A DNA stretch of 64,000 nt from an uncultured Clostridia bacterium (GTDB lineage Bacteria > Bacillota > Clostridia > TANB77 > CAG-465): contig CARYZD010000007.1 in the NCBI GenBank assembly GCA_949106495.1, positions 44,710 to 108,709 of the forward strand, written 5' to 3'. Both the position numbers and the translations under genes were made by a program. The notes below the pieces were generated by a model. That model ran no database searches, was not told the DNA's origin, and saw only the letters and a program-made list of their open reading frames with translations. Every line of letters starts with the position of its first letter. Position 1 is the first letter of the stretch. Below are positions 44,101 to 53,645 of the stretch, piece after piece.

Positions 44101-45362
44101 GCTGGGCAATAAATGTCTTTAACAACAGGTGTTCTTCCATCTTCATCTGTTGTAACTCTTATTATTTCTTGATTTGCATCAAATAAATGAGTTGCACCTT
44201 CAGCAATATTTTCTGCTGCATAAATAGCATATGTAGCATTAGCTAAAGTACAATCACCTTTTAAATGTTTGTCATAATCATAGTCTGATTTTTCTAGTCT
44301 TGTTCTACCTCTTTTATAATCATTTTCAGCTGTAAATGTCATTGTATTAGTGTAACCACTTCTAACAGTATATGAAATATTTTGAGTACTTGGTCCTATA
44401 AATAAATTACCTGGTACATATATTTCAGTGATTTCATATTCTCCTATTCTTATTTCATTCAGCTCTATGATACCTGATGCGTTAGTAGTTAATATTTCAT
44501 TTATATTATCTGGTCCACCTGTTATTCTAAATTGAACTCCAGGTACTGGTTTACCATGTTCATCCACTTTTCCAAATTTTACATCACCAACTGCTGTTAT
44601 ACGAAAGTTTTTACTAGCTGGTTGTCCAGCAGAAGAACTTCTATTTGGAGTAACTACTTTTTGGTATGATCCACATGTCCAAACTGTAGCTGGACCATAA
44701 CCTTCTGAACGATTATTAGTGTTAGCTGTAACTGTTATATCCATATCTCCAGTAACTTGATCTGCAGGAACCACTAGTACATATGTACCATCGCCAGAAC
44801 CTGGTCCTTCAAGCCAACCAAAAGATGTAGTAACAGCTGCTCCTGCTGTTTGTGATACAGTAATTGCATCAGATCTATAAGTATTTGTTGCTCTATCATA
44901 ATGTAAAGCTTCATTACCAGATATTTCTGCATTTGCAGCAGCTGGAACATTACATTCAACAGCAGCTCTATCAAGCCAGTATTGAACCCTTGTCATATCT
45001 CCACCTGTCAAATGTGAACCATTATATCCTAAAGCCCACATACAAGCTTGTTTAACTTGCTCATCATCTACATTATACATAATCCAACTATATCTTGCAT
45101 CATATATCTCTTCTGTTGGGTTATAATCTAAATTATTATGAATTACTACACCAGCTTCTATACAGTATGCTTTTTGTCCATCAACATAGTATGAATACCA
45201 TGAATGATCTGTTGCAGCTCCTGCACCTGTAGCAGTATAAGCATTATCTGTACTAGTCTTTACAACTGATGACTTAGCAGCATATACATTAGTTGTAGCA
45301 ACGCCAATAACTAAAGCCATAATAATCATTAGCATTGACATTACTTTATTTACTCTTTTCAT
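41154..45362 (-). CDS. large cell-surface adhesin: signal peptide, putative thioester (TQxA[IV]W-like) N-domain, multiple CnaB-type repeats, C-terminal VTNTGD sorting signal + TM + K-rich tail
   Basis: Start at MKRVNK with AAAGGGGA RBS and a signal peptide. N-domain carries AYCIE and KQACMW. Repeated GxYxxxExxAPxGY motifs occur (GEYEITEIYVPGNL, GDYIVYEIEAPKGYY, GEYRVIESKVPEGYL, GHYYVKEVKAPEGYEL). C-terminus reads FEVTNTGD + hydrophobic segment + KNKKSKK. Confidence 0.75.
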   Translation of the reverse strand: MKRVNKVMSMLMIIMALVIGVATTNVYAAKSSVVKTSTDNAYTATGAGAATDHSWYSYYVDGQKAYCIEAGVVIHNNLDYNPTEEIYDARYSWIMYNVDDEQVKQACMWALGYNGSHLTGGDMTRVQYWLDRAAVECNVPAAANAEISGNEALHYDRATNTYRSDAITVSQTAGAAVTTSFGWLEGPGSGDGTYVLVVPADQVTGDMDITVTANTNNRSEGYGPATVWTCGSYQKVVTPNRSSSAGQPASKNFRITAVGDVKFGKVDEHGKPVPGVQFRITGGPDNINEILTTNASGIIELNEIRIGEYEITEIYVPGNLFIGPSTQNISYTVRSGYTNTMTFTAENDYKRGRTRLEKSDYDYDKHLKGDCTLANATYAIYAAENIAEGATHLFDANQEIIRVTTDEDGRTPVVKDIYCPAIGKMLDGIPIGKYYWKEIKAPLGYNKWSEIDPSHGFTMTEKTKDTIPFEIINDGRDMYSEDAGQYELKHTDKIITGRGIIIKYDNDNSNDETENDTDKSAAEGAVLRLRLKSAIGTAEEARNTYTATIDSKGFCEFKDPEYVALHPDDPYTIPYGTYELDEIQASNNGTHTYYYIQTEIVTISSQHQIERRIVADEPVPMYLKIVKRDKDTREEVHLAGAKYKIWDCQANRFIVQHESPSWEEKDEFVTNDEGYVYTYQKLYAGDYIVYEIEAPKGYYLDDEYRLPENEAYWGDETKGGVKIHVDKQALGVIESASPNKNDPDLVYVLDIYNSPLKAQLDVEKKGEKITGVKTANVSYETAEGETVDLEKSIATYSFVGLPNVTYEIYAANQIMSPDGRIEYVAKDEKVDTITTDENGYAITKELYLGEYRVIESKVPEGYLIDDEIPNVTLTNDNSLKRVEIHKKEYSDVRQKLGLTFPKVFEEVKYSNNETVDQRAVFGVFAKNDILTYTGSVAIKKGSLVDLIEVKGNNQKDEKINVTSEIDLPKGDYYVEEIYTAYPYTTSTKQMDYTLSYNGNPKQEFVVKSGEEFINDYDSASITLIKLSSTTVDNIILNGDEIDTSELDEKVQEILSAIKGMTEEEIKEYFKENNVKFVAGATYRVYTDEKCENPLRIKNEETGEFEIADLVTNETGLIKLEEVPLGHYYVKEVKAPEGYELSEEVVEIDLDLASKNTMIYQALIETEVKTIMIEKTDIFTSEVVPNCMFKIADLDGNVLLHSVTNEDGKAYIPVVMFENGKTYTYTEIKAPDIYDIDTTPHEFTAKINEEGEWVTDLIEVSNIRKTREVIVRKLDAETGDPLEGCVFTIALINPETGDIVVNKETGEPVYLVENAVTGENGEYVIEKAPMGTYKFMEIKAPEGYELDEDLTGYIFTIDNNSPETIIFEVTNTGDIAVVALVIVAVVCVLGVVFVIVKNKKSKK

Positions 45363-45547
45363 ATATTTTTCCCCTTTCTTTTTTATGTACAATTTTATTT
45401 TACAATCAAGAATAAAAAAAGTCACTATGTTTATGTTTACATTTATCTACAAGAATATCATTGTTACTTTTCTTTTTCACAAGTGTCATTGTTTTATTTC
45501 TTTTCTATTTCATTTTCATTTCTTTTGTTTGTAAACTTGAATACTAA

Positions 45548-45575
45548 AAGGAGATATACAAATATCTCCTTTATT
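45548..45575 (-). terminator. hairpin downstream of adhesin gene 2
   Basis: aaaggagatatacaaatatctccttt. Confidence 0.45.
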
Positions 45576-45579
45576 CACA

Positions 45580-48500
45580 TTATTTTGCTAATTTTTTTGA
45601 AGCAACAATTATTCCAAATATTGAAAGCATTGTTACAGCTGATAGTACAATAACTTGTACATCTCCTGTATTTGTTACTTCAAATATTATTGTTTCTGGT
45701 GAATTATTATCTATTGTAAATTCATATCCTGTTAAATCTTCATCTAGTTCATATCCTTCTGGAGCTTTTATCTCCATAAATCTATATGTTCCCATTGGTG
45801 CTTTTTCTATTATGTATTCTCCATTTTCACCTGTAACAGCATTTTCTGCTAGATATATTGGTTCACCTGTTTTTTTATCTATTTTTTGCTCTCCTGTTTT
45901 TTCATCTATTAAAGCTATTGTAAATACACATCCCTTAAGTGGTTCACCTGTCTTTGCATCTAATTTTTTTACTATTACTTTACGAGTTTTTCTTATATTT
46001 GATACAACACCAATTTCTGTTATCCACTTTCCATTTTTATCAAATTTTGCTGTAAATTCATGTGGTGTTGTATCTATTTCATAAATATCTGGTGCTTTTA
46101 TTTCTGTATAAGTATATTTTTTTCCATTTTCAAATAAATCAAGTGGAATATGTCCAACTGCTTTTCCTTCTTCATCTATTTCTGTTTTAGAATACAATAA
46201 TACTGTATCATTTTCATCTCTTATTTCAAAATAACAATCTGGGATTGCCTCTGATGTAAATATGTCTTCTTTTTGAATTAATTTACCTACAGTAGAATCA
46301 TTTACAATTGTTTGGTATACCTTATTTTCATCTGTAAGATTATCTTTAACTACTATTTTTGTAATAAGTTTTTTTTCTTCTTCTGGTAATTGATATCCTT
46401 CTGGTGCTTCTATTTCTTTTATGTAATACTCGCCCACTGGTATCTCATTAACTCTAATTAATCCTACTTTATTTGTTACAATTTCTAAAATTTCAAATTC
46501 TCCTGTCTTCTCATTTTTAATTCTAACTTCTTTTCCTTCACTACATTCTTTATCTGCATATATTCTAAATTTTGCTCCTGGTAAAAAATGCATTTTATTT
46601 TTATTAAGATAATTTATTATCTCATCATCATTATTTAATTTTTTTATGTCTTGGATTACTTTATTTTGCATTTCGTCTAATTCATCATTTATTATTTCTG
46701 TTCCATTCATTACAATAAATCCTTCTGAATGAACTCCTGATGATAACTTAATTATTACAAAATCTCCATCAACTGGTTTATTTTTATATTCTTCTCCCTC
46801 TACTACAACATATTCTTGTTCAGAATTACCATTATATTTTAGTTCAAATTCTGTTATTTTAGAATTAATTGTATATGGCGCTGAAGTATATAATTCTTTA
46901 ACATAATATTTTCCTTTTGGAAGGTCTCTATCACTTATTACATCTGTACTTCCATTTATTTCTACTAAATCTACTAATGCATCTTTAGGTATAACCACAT
47001 TTCCTTTATAGTTTAAAATCTGCTCTGCAGTATAAATTCCAAATACAGCTTTTTGTTCAACCTTTTCTCCAATTGTATATTTTACTTCTTCAAAATTCTT
47101 TTTAAATTTTAATCCAAGTTTTTGTCTTTTATCTGATAGTTCCTTTTTATATGTTTCAATCTTTTTTAGAGGATTAGTATTAGTTAATCTTACATTTGGA
47201 ATATTATCATCTTTTAAATATCCATCAGGTGTAACTGTCTCAACAATTCTATATTCACCTGGATATAATTCTTTAGTTATAGCATATCCATTATCATTAG
47301 TTGTTATAGTATCAACCTTATCTCCAGCTTTAACATAATTTCCTCTTTCATCTGGATATTTTATATCTTCAGCTGCATATATTTCATATGTTACTCCTTT
47401 AAGTCCTACTTCATTGTATGTTACTTTATATTTTTCTAATTCTTTAATATCGTCACCAACTTCTTTATAGTTTACACTTTCAGTTGATGAACCAGTTATT
47501 TTTTCAGCTTTTTTCTCTACCTCTAATTTTACTTTTGAAGGTGTATTATATATTTCTACTTGATATATAAGCTCTTGTATAATTGAATCTGGAGTAGTAC
47601 TTTCAATCATATCTAAAGCTTCTTTATCTATATGAATTTTCTTTCCACCTTTTGTTTCATCTCCCCAATCAGATTCATTTTGTGGTAATCTATATTCATC
47701 ATCTAAATAATATCCTTTTGGTGCTTTTATCTCATATATAATATAATCTCCTGCATATAATTGCTGATGTGTAAATAAATATCCCTCATCATTTGTTTCA
47801 AATACTTCAGTATATTCTCCTGAAGGACTTACCATTTGTGATACAAATGAATTTGATTGACAATCCCAAATTTTATACTCAGCTCCTGCAATATGTACTT
47901 CTTTTTTAGTATCTTTATCTTTTTTAATTAGTTTTAAATACATAGGAACTGGTTCATCTGAAACTATTCTTCTTTCTATTTCATGATTTTCATCTATATT
48001 TATTTCTGTTGGATTAATATAGAAATATGTATGTGTCCCTTTAAAACTTGCTTGTATTTCATCTAAAATGTATAATCCATATGGAATTGTATACTCTTTA
48101 TCTGGATGTAAAGCATGATATTCTGGGTCAATAAACTCACATCCTCCTTTTGAATCTATTGTTGCAGTATAAGTATTTCTTTCTTCTTTATCTGTTCCAA
48201 TAGCAGATTTAAGTCTAATTCTTAATACAGCTCCTTCTGCTGGACTTTTTTCTGTATCATTATTATTTTCTATATTACTATTATCATTATCATATTTAAT
48301 AATAATTCCTCTACCTTTTATTTCGTCTTCTCCTTGAGTAACATCTATTTTTCCTAAATCATCTGTAAAAATATCTGTTCCATCATTTTTTATTTCAAAA
48401 TGTACAATATCTGGATTTATATTAAATCCTGTCGATGGCTGTAATTCTTGCCAATAATATTTTCCTACTGGTAAGCCATCAAGCATTTTTTCTTGTTTTT

Positions 48501-49782
48501 TAGAATATACATCTTTTACCACAGGAGTTTTTCCTGTTGCATCAGTTTTGACTTCTATTATTTTTTCATTTTTATCAAACAAAGATGTATAGCTAGGTTC
48601 GGATCCTTCTATAATTTCTTCATCTGCAAAAACTCCATATATTGCGCCTTCTAATACGCAATCTCCTTTAGGATTTTTATTAAAATCCATATCAAATTTA
48701 TCTAATTGAGTTTTACCTCTTTTATAATCATTTCTCGCTTTAAATGTTATAGTACTTGTATACCCACTATTAACATGATAAGAAATATTTTGAGAATTTA
48801 ACCCTATGGATAAATTTCCTGGTACATAAACCTCTGTTATTATATAGTCATCTACATGAATCTCTAATAGTTTTGCTACTCCATTTTCTGCATCATTTCC
48901 ATACTTTTTACTAGGTTGTCCTGTTGTTATTACTTCATCTACTCCAGGACCTATTACACGAAATTGTGCTCCATTTATAACTTCTCCATGTTCATCATAT
49001 TTTTCGAGTCTTAAGTCACCCACAGCTGTTAAATGTATAGATGCAGATGCAGATGCACCTGTTACATCTTTCCAGTTACCTGTCGCAACGTTTTGATGTA
49101 CTCCATCACCCCAGACAGTACCATTTAAGTATTCTGTTCCCTTTTCTGCTCCAGCAACATTAAATCCTATATCCATATCACTGGTAACATCTTGAGCAGG
49201 TATAACTATCTGATAGTCATTTCCACCACCAGTTATATTTGCACTTGCTGGTGCATTAGATAATGTTACAGCACCACCATGTTCTACATGTATATTAGGT
49301 GATATATATGAGTTTGTTGCTCTGTCATATCTGAAATTTCCAGATGTGCTAATAGTAGCATTAGCTGGTCTAACTTTTACACCTTCCCGAGCTTGAGTGC
49401 ATAAACCTTCTACAAATCCACGATCTCCTTCTAGCATTCCATTTCCTGTAATCATCCATATTGCAGCTTGTCTGTCTTGGAAATCGCCTACATTTTTTAT
49501 TAACCAGCTAACTTCTGGTATTGTTTCACCTATAACTTTATAATCCTTACCAGTTTTGTATACTACATTAGCTTGTATACAATATGCCTGGCCAACTCCT
49601 TCTAATATATATTGATGATAAGAGTGAGAATTAGTTATTCCATCTCCAAACAAATACTTATTAGTTAAACCTTGTTGATTTCCCCAAACGAAACCTGTAT
49701 TTACTGCATTAACTTGATTTCCACAGCAAATGATTAATACAAGTACCATCAGTAAATATAAACTAATTTTTTTACCTTTCAT
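45580..49782 (-). CDS. paralogous large cell-surface adhesin (same architecture; VTNTGD sorting signal)
   Basis: 1400 aa; signal peptide; N-domain with AYCIQ and DRQAAIWMITGNG (TQxAIW-like). The central and C-terminal ~900 aa are highly similar to the downstream paralogue, with near-identity in the last ~180 aa. Confidence 0.75.
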   Translation of the reverse strand: MKGKKISLYLLMVLVLIICCGNQVNAVNTGFVWGNQQGLTNKYLFGDGITNSHSYHQYILEGVGQAYCIQANVVYKTGKDYKVIGETIPEVSWLIKNVGDFQDRQAAIWMITGNGMLEGDRGFVEGLCTQAREGVKVRPANATISTSGNFRYDRATNSYISPNIHVEHGGAVTLSNAPASANITGGGNDYQIVIPAQDVTSDMDIGFNVAGAEKGTEYLNGTVWGDGVHQNVATGNWKDVTGASASASIHLTAVGDLRLEKYDEHGEVINGAQFRVIGPGVDEVITTGQPSKKYGNDAENGVAKLLEIHVDDYIITEVYVPGNLSIGLNSQNISYHVNSGYTSTITFKARNDYKRGKTQLDKFDMDFNKNPKGDCVLEGAIYGVFADEEIIEGSEPSYTSLFDKNEKIIEVKTDATGKTPVVKDVYSKKQEKMLDGLPVGKYYWQELQPSTGFNINPDIVHFEIKNDGTDIFTDDLGKIDVTQGEDEIKGRGIIIKYDNDNSNIENNNDTEKSPAEGAVLRIRLKSAIGTDKEERNTYTATIDSKGGCEFIDPEYHALHPDKEYTIPYGLYILDEIQASFKGTHTYFYINPTEINIDENHEIERRIVSDEPVPMYLKLIKKDKDTKKEVHIAGAEYKIWDCQSNSFVSQMVSPSGEYTEVFETNDEGYLFTHQQLYAGDYIIYEIKAPKGYYLDDEYRLPQNESDWGDETKGGKKIHIDKEALDMIESTTPDSIIQELIYQVEIYNTPSKVKLEVEKKAEKITGSSTESVNYKEVGDDIKELEKYKVTYNEVGLKGVTYEIYAAEDIKYPDERGNYVKAGDKVDTITTNDNGYAITKELYPGEYRIVETVTPDGYLKDDNIPNVRLTNTNPLKKIETYKKELSDKRQKLGLKFKKNFEEVKYTIGEKVEQKAVFGIYTAEQILNYKGNVVIPKDALVDLVEINGSTDVISDRDLPKGKYYVKELYTSAPYTINSKITEFELKYNGNSEQEYVVVEGEEYKNKPVDGDFVIIKLSSGVHSEGFIVMNGTEIINDELDEMQNKVIQDIKKLNNDDEIINYLNKNKMHFLPGAKFRIYADKECSEGKEVRIKNEKTGEFEILEIVTNKVGLIRVNEIPVGEYYIKEIEAPEGYQLPEEEKKLITKIVVKDNLTDENKVYQTIVNDSTVGKLIQKEDIFTSEAIPDCYFEIRDENDTVLLYSKTEIDEEGKAVGHIPLDLFENGKKYTYTEIKAPDIYEIDTTPHEFTAKFDKNGKWITEIGVVSNIRKTRKVIVKKLDAKTGEPLKGCVFTIALIDEKTGEQKIDKKTGEPIYLAENAVTGENGEYIIEKAPMGTYRFMEIKAPEGYELDEDLTGYEFTIDNNSPETIIFEVTNTGDVQVIVLSAVTMLSIFGIIVASKKLAK

Positions 49783-49927
49783 ATCATTTCCTCCTTATTC
49801 TATATTTTATTACAAAAATGTACATAATTATATACTTTTCATAAGTTTGTAAAATTTAGCTAAATATATATTTTTCCTATTTCTATTATATTACATTTTA
49901 ATAAAAACAAAAAAACATTTATATTAA

Positions 49928-49962
49928 AAAGCACACTATATCAAATTATAGTGTGCTTTTAT
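49928..49962 (-). terminator. thrS terminator
   Basis: aaaagcacactatatcaaattatagtgtgctttt. Confidence 0.6.
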
Positions 49963-49963
49963 A

Positions 49964-51757
49964 TTATTCTACATTAGATGGAGCTTTTGCTTCCTCTTTT
50001 ATTTTATTAATAAATTCTTCTTGAGACATAGATACAAGTTCTCTTGATTCTCTAGTACGAACACTTACTTTTCCTTCTTCTACTTCATTATCTCCTACAA
50101 CTAACATATATGGAGTCTTTTGAAGTTGAGCTTCTCTAATCTTATATCCCATTTTTTCTTCTCTTGAATCTACTTCTACTCTTATTCCAAGTCTTTCCAT
50201 TTTTTCTGCAAGTTTATCTGCATATTCAATATGTCTATCTGCAATTGTTAATATTTTAACTTGTAATGGAGATAACCATACAGGTAAATTTCCTTTAGTT
50301 TCTTCAATTAAGAAAGATATAAATCTATCTGATGTTCCAAGAATAGCTCTATGTATTACAACTGGTCTTTGTTTTTCACCGTTTTGGTCTACATATTCAA
50401 GGTCAAATCTTTCAGGTAACGCAAAATCTAATTGACAAGTTGGAATTGTTACATCATGATTTAGAGCAGTTTTAATTTGAATATCTATTTTTGGTCCATA
50501 GAAAGCTGCTTCTCCTTCTGCTTCATAAAAATCTATATTAAGTTCTTTTAAAATAGCTCTTAATTGACTTTCAGCAGTTTCCCACATCTTATCATTATCT
50601 ATATATTTTTCAACATTATTCTTATCTCTTAAAGATAGTCTATATTTAAACGAATCTGGTGAGAAGCCAAAGTCTTTAATATATACTTCTTGTATTAGTT
50701 TTAAAACTTTTCCTACTTCATCTTTTATTTGATCTGGTCTTACAAATAAGTGAGCATCATTTTGGCACATTTGACGTACTCTTTCTAAGCCACAAACACT
50801 TCCACTTGCTTCGTATCTAAAATCATTTGCAAGTTCACCAATTCTAATTGGTAAATCTCTATATGAACGTAATTTATTTTTATATACTAACATATGATGT
50901 GGGCAATTCATTGGTCTTAAAACCATTTCTTCATTATCCATTTGCATAGGAGGGAACATATCATCTTTATAATGATCCCAGTGTCCACTTGTTTTATATA
51001 GTGCAACGTTTGCTAAACTTGGAGTATATACATGTTTATATCCTAAATATATTTCTTTATCTTGAATATATCTTTCAAGTATTCTTCTTATAGTTGCACC
51101 ATTTGGTAAATATAATGGAAGACCTGCTCCGACAAGTTCATGAGTCATAAATAAATCTAATTCTTTACCTATTTTTCTATGATCTCTTTGTTTAGCTTCT
51201 TCGAGTTGGTTAAGATACCCTTCAAGTCCTTCTTTAGAATCAAAAGCAGTTGCATATATTCTTTGTAGCATTTTATTTTTTTCGTCACCTCTCCAATATG
51301 CACCTGTAATGTTCATAAGTTTAAATACTTTTACAGCTTTTGTATAAAGCATATGTGGACCAGTACATAAATCTATAAATTCTCCTTGTTTGAAAAATGA
51401 TATATCTTCTCCTTCAGGTAGCTCATTTATTAATTCAACTTTATATGTTTCTCCTCTTTCTTCCATTAATTTAATTGCATCACTCTTTGGAAGTATAAAA
51501 GCTTCAACTTTTAAGTTTTCTTTTATAATTTTTTTCATTTCTACTTCTATTTTTTCTAAATCTGCTTCTACAAGTTTTGGTTCAACATCTATATCATAAT
51601 AAAAACCGTTTTCTATAAAAGGTCCAATTGCAAGTTTTGCTTGCGGATATAATCTTTTAACGGCTTGTGCCATTATATGCGAAGCTGTATGTCTTAATAC
51701 ATTTAAATCCATATCTGCTTCATAAACTTCATTATTTTTATTTATAAATTTACTCAT
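49964..51757 (-). CDS. thrS: threonine--tRNA ligase (short form lacking the N-terminal TGS domain)
   Basis: Begins at the second additional domain (HTASHIMAQAVKRLYP); class II catalytic core and C-terminal anticodon-binding domain. Confidence 0.93.
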   Translation of the reverse strand: MSKFINKNNEVYEADMDLNVLRHTASHIMAQAVKRLYPQAKLAIGPFIENGFYYDIDVEPKLVEADLEKIEVEMKKIIKENLKVEAFILPKSDAIKLMEERGETYKVELINELPEGEDISFFKQGEFIDLCTGPHMLYTKAVKVFKLMNITGAYWRGDEKNKMLQRIYATAFDSKEGLEGYLNQLEEAKQRDHRKIGKELDLFMTHELVGAGLPLYLPNGATIRRILERYIQDKEIYLGYKHVYTPSLANVALYKTSGHWDHYKDDMFPPMQMDNEEMVLRPMNCPHHMLVYKNKLRSYRDLPIRIGELANDFRYEASGSVCGLERVRQMCQNDAHLFVRPDQIKDEVGKVLKLIQEVYIKDFGFSPDSFKYRLSLRDKNNVEKYIDNDKMWETAESQLRAILKELNIDFYEAEGEAAFYGPKIDIQIKTALNHDVTIPTCQLDFALPERFDLEYVDQNGEKQRPVVIHRAILGTSDRFISFLIEETKGNLPVWLSPLQVKILTIADRHIEYADKLAEKMERLGIRVEVDSREEKMGYKIREAQLQKTPYMLVVGDNEVEEGKVSVRTRESRELVSMSQEEFINKIKEEAKAPSNVE

Positions 51758-51874
51758 TTTAAATCACTCCTAATTATTATACTTATTTTTTCGTTATTAA
51801 TATTATTTACTAATTCTCGTGACTTTTACAAAAATATTTAACATAGAACCATTTCCTCCTTATATAAATTAATT

Positions 51875-52145
51875 AAATTATTGCAAAGAAATGTACCCCT
51901 ATAGGCACATTTTATGCCTATAGGGGTACAATATATTTATTGCACGGTTCCACCCTAATATTTTACTTAATTAAATGATTGTACGTAATCAGCGGTAGTT
52001 TCCTACTAACTCAGGGGTAGTCTTCGGTAATATCTTATTAAAATTGGCTTCCAGCCCATGACCAATTCTCTCTTTTAACAGTGTTAAAACTTACTCGTCC
52101 CATCAACGTTATATAAATATTATACTCTATTTATTTTTAAATGTC
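51875..52145 (-). ncRNA. T-box riboswitch leader of thrS
   Basis: Minus-strand ATTAGGGTGGAACCGTG (RC of 51941-51959) T-box sequence. It is immediately followed by the terminator hairpin gtacccctataggcacattttatgcctataggggtac (51893-51929) plus U-run. A stem-I-like region with AGAGA/GA motifs lies upstream (~52040-52140); the ACC (Thr) specifier is tentative. Confidence 0.8.
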
Positions 52146-52157
52146 AATCAAAGTTAT

Positions 52158-53069
52158 TTATTTTCCTTTCATTGTTTCACATAATACTCTTCTATATCTA
52201 TTATTTTTATATTCAAACACATTATATGTAACATTAAATTCTGTAACTTCTCTTGTTATTATCTCCGACAATCCATCACCATTTAAATCTGCTAAAAATT
52301 TTACAGAATAAAGTGGAAAGTCATAACTGTTTTCTAAATCTTTTGTATAGCTATATTGTAATATATTTGAACTATTAGTATTCAAATTAACTACTATAAT
52401 AGAACTATATATTCCTCCAAACTTACCTTTTTGAGAGCTTGTAGCACTTAGAATTTTAATAGGTGTATTTACATCTATATATCCAGAATAAGCATTTGTT
52501 ATATTAATAGTATTATTATACATTCTATAGATTCCTAAAGCTTTTTTTACATAATCATAATCTTTTTCTTCTACTATTGCCTCTTTAAATTGAGAAGTAA
52601 GGGCATAGGTATCTTTGGGTATAGAAAAATACTCATCAATATAATTTGGATAACTAGTATTGACAAATACACTATCTCCAAATGTATATGTATCTTTTAT
52701 TTTATACTCACCAGCTCTTGAATTATTATTATACACATATGTATCTAAATCTGCCTTGTTATTGCTTTTTAAATAGTATTTATTAGCACTAACCCAAGTA
52801 TTATTATATATACCACCTACAACCAAATTATCTATAACTATTGGCAAAGAATTTGCTACAATATCATCTGAAACATTTGATGCATCATTTATGTCTAAAG
52901 AAATATCAAACTTATCTTTTAAACAGAATACAAATAATAATATAAGCCCTAATATTAATAAAATTATAAATACTGATACTAAAAATATAAACAATCTTTT
53001 AAATTTTATTTTACCCTTAGAATAATTTTTCATTAAATAACCTTCTTTCTTAAGATTTAATATTTCCAT
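52158..53069 (-). CDS. hypothetical membrane-anchored protein (303 aa), 13-nt overlap with queH
   Basis: N-terminal TM; N/Y/S-rich extracytoplasmic region; no motif. Confidence 0.4.
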   Translation of the reverse strand: MEILNLKKEGYLMKNYSKGKIKFKRLFIFLVSVFIILLILGLILLFVFCLKDKFDISLDINDASNVSDDIVANSLPIVIDNLVVGGIYNNTWVSANKYYLKSNNKADLDTYVYNNNSRAGEYKIKDTYTFGDSVFVNTSYPNYIDEYFSIPKDTYALTSQFKEAIVEEKDYDYVKKALGIYRMYNNTINITNAYSGYIDVNTPIKILSATSSQKGKFGGIYSSIIVVNLNTNSSNILQYSYTKDLENSYDFPLYSVKFLADLNGDGLSEIITREVTEFNVTYNVFEYKNNRYRRVLCETMKGK

Positions 53070-53635
53070 TTGCCAGAGTCAAATGAAAATACACATCCAC
53101 AATATTTCTGCATATATAACTCATATTCTCTTGCCTTTTTTTGTCCATCATAATATGTATGTCTATAATCTGAATATACATATCTTACATTATATTTTTT
53201 AGATAGTTCTTCTGCTACTAAATTAATTATATCATGATTTTGAAAAGGACTTCTTGTAAGTGTAGTTGACACAATATCATATCCATTTTCTGATGCATAT
53301 TTAAAAACACTTTCAAGTCTTCTATAATAACAATATTTACATCTTATATTATATTTTTTATCTTCCCCAACATTTTCTACTACATCTTTTATAAAACCTG
53401 TCATATCATATTCATCACATACAACGTTTTTTACATTTTTCATATCACAAAATTTAATAAAAGACTCTTTTCTTCTTTCATACTCTACCTTTGGATGTAT
53501 GTTTGGATTATACCAATATGCTGTTAAATCAACTTTTTCTCTTTTATTATCTATTAACATTCCATTTTCTTCTATATCTTCTTGTATAGTAATAAAACAA
53601 GGTGCACAACATACATGCATCAATACTTTGTTCAT
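53057..53635 (-). CDS. queH: epoxyqueuosine reductase QueH (DUF208)
   Basis: HVCCAPC N-terminal motif and additional conserved Cys (CKYC, CGC). Confidence 0.8.
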   Translation of the reverse strand: MNKVLMHVCCAPCFITIQEDIEENGMLIDNKREKVDLTAYWYNPNIHPKVEYERRKESFIKFCDMKNVKNVVCDEYDMTGFIKDVVENVGEDKKYNIRCKYCYYRRLESVFKYASENGYDIVSTTLTRSPFQNHDIINLVAEELSKKYNVRYVYSDYRHTYYDGQKKAREYELYMQKYCGCVFSFDSGKWKY

Positions 53636-53645
53636 CTCTTATCTC

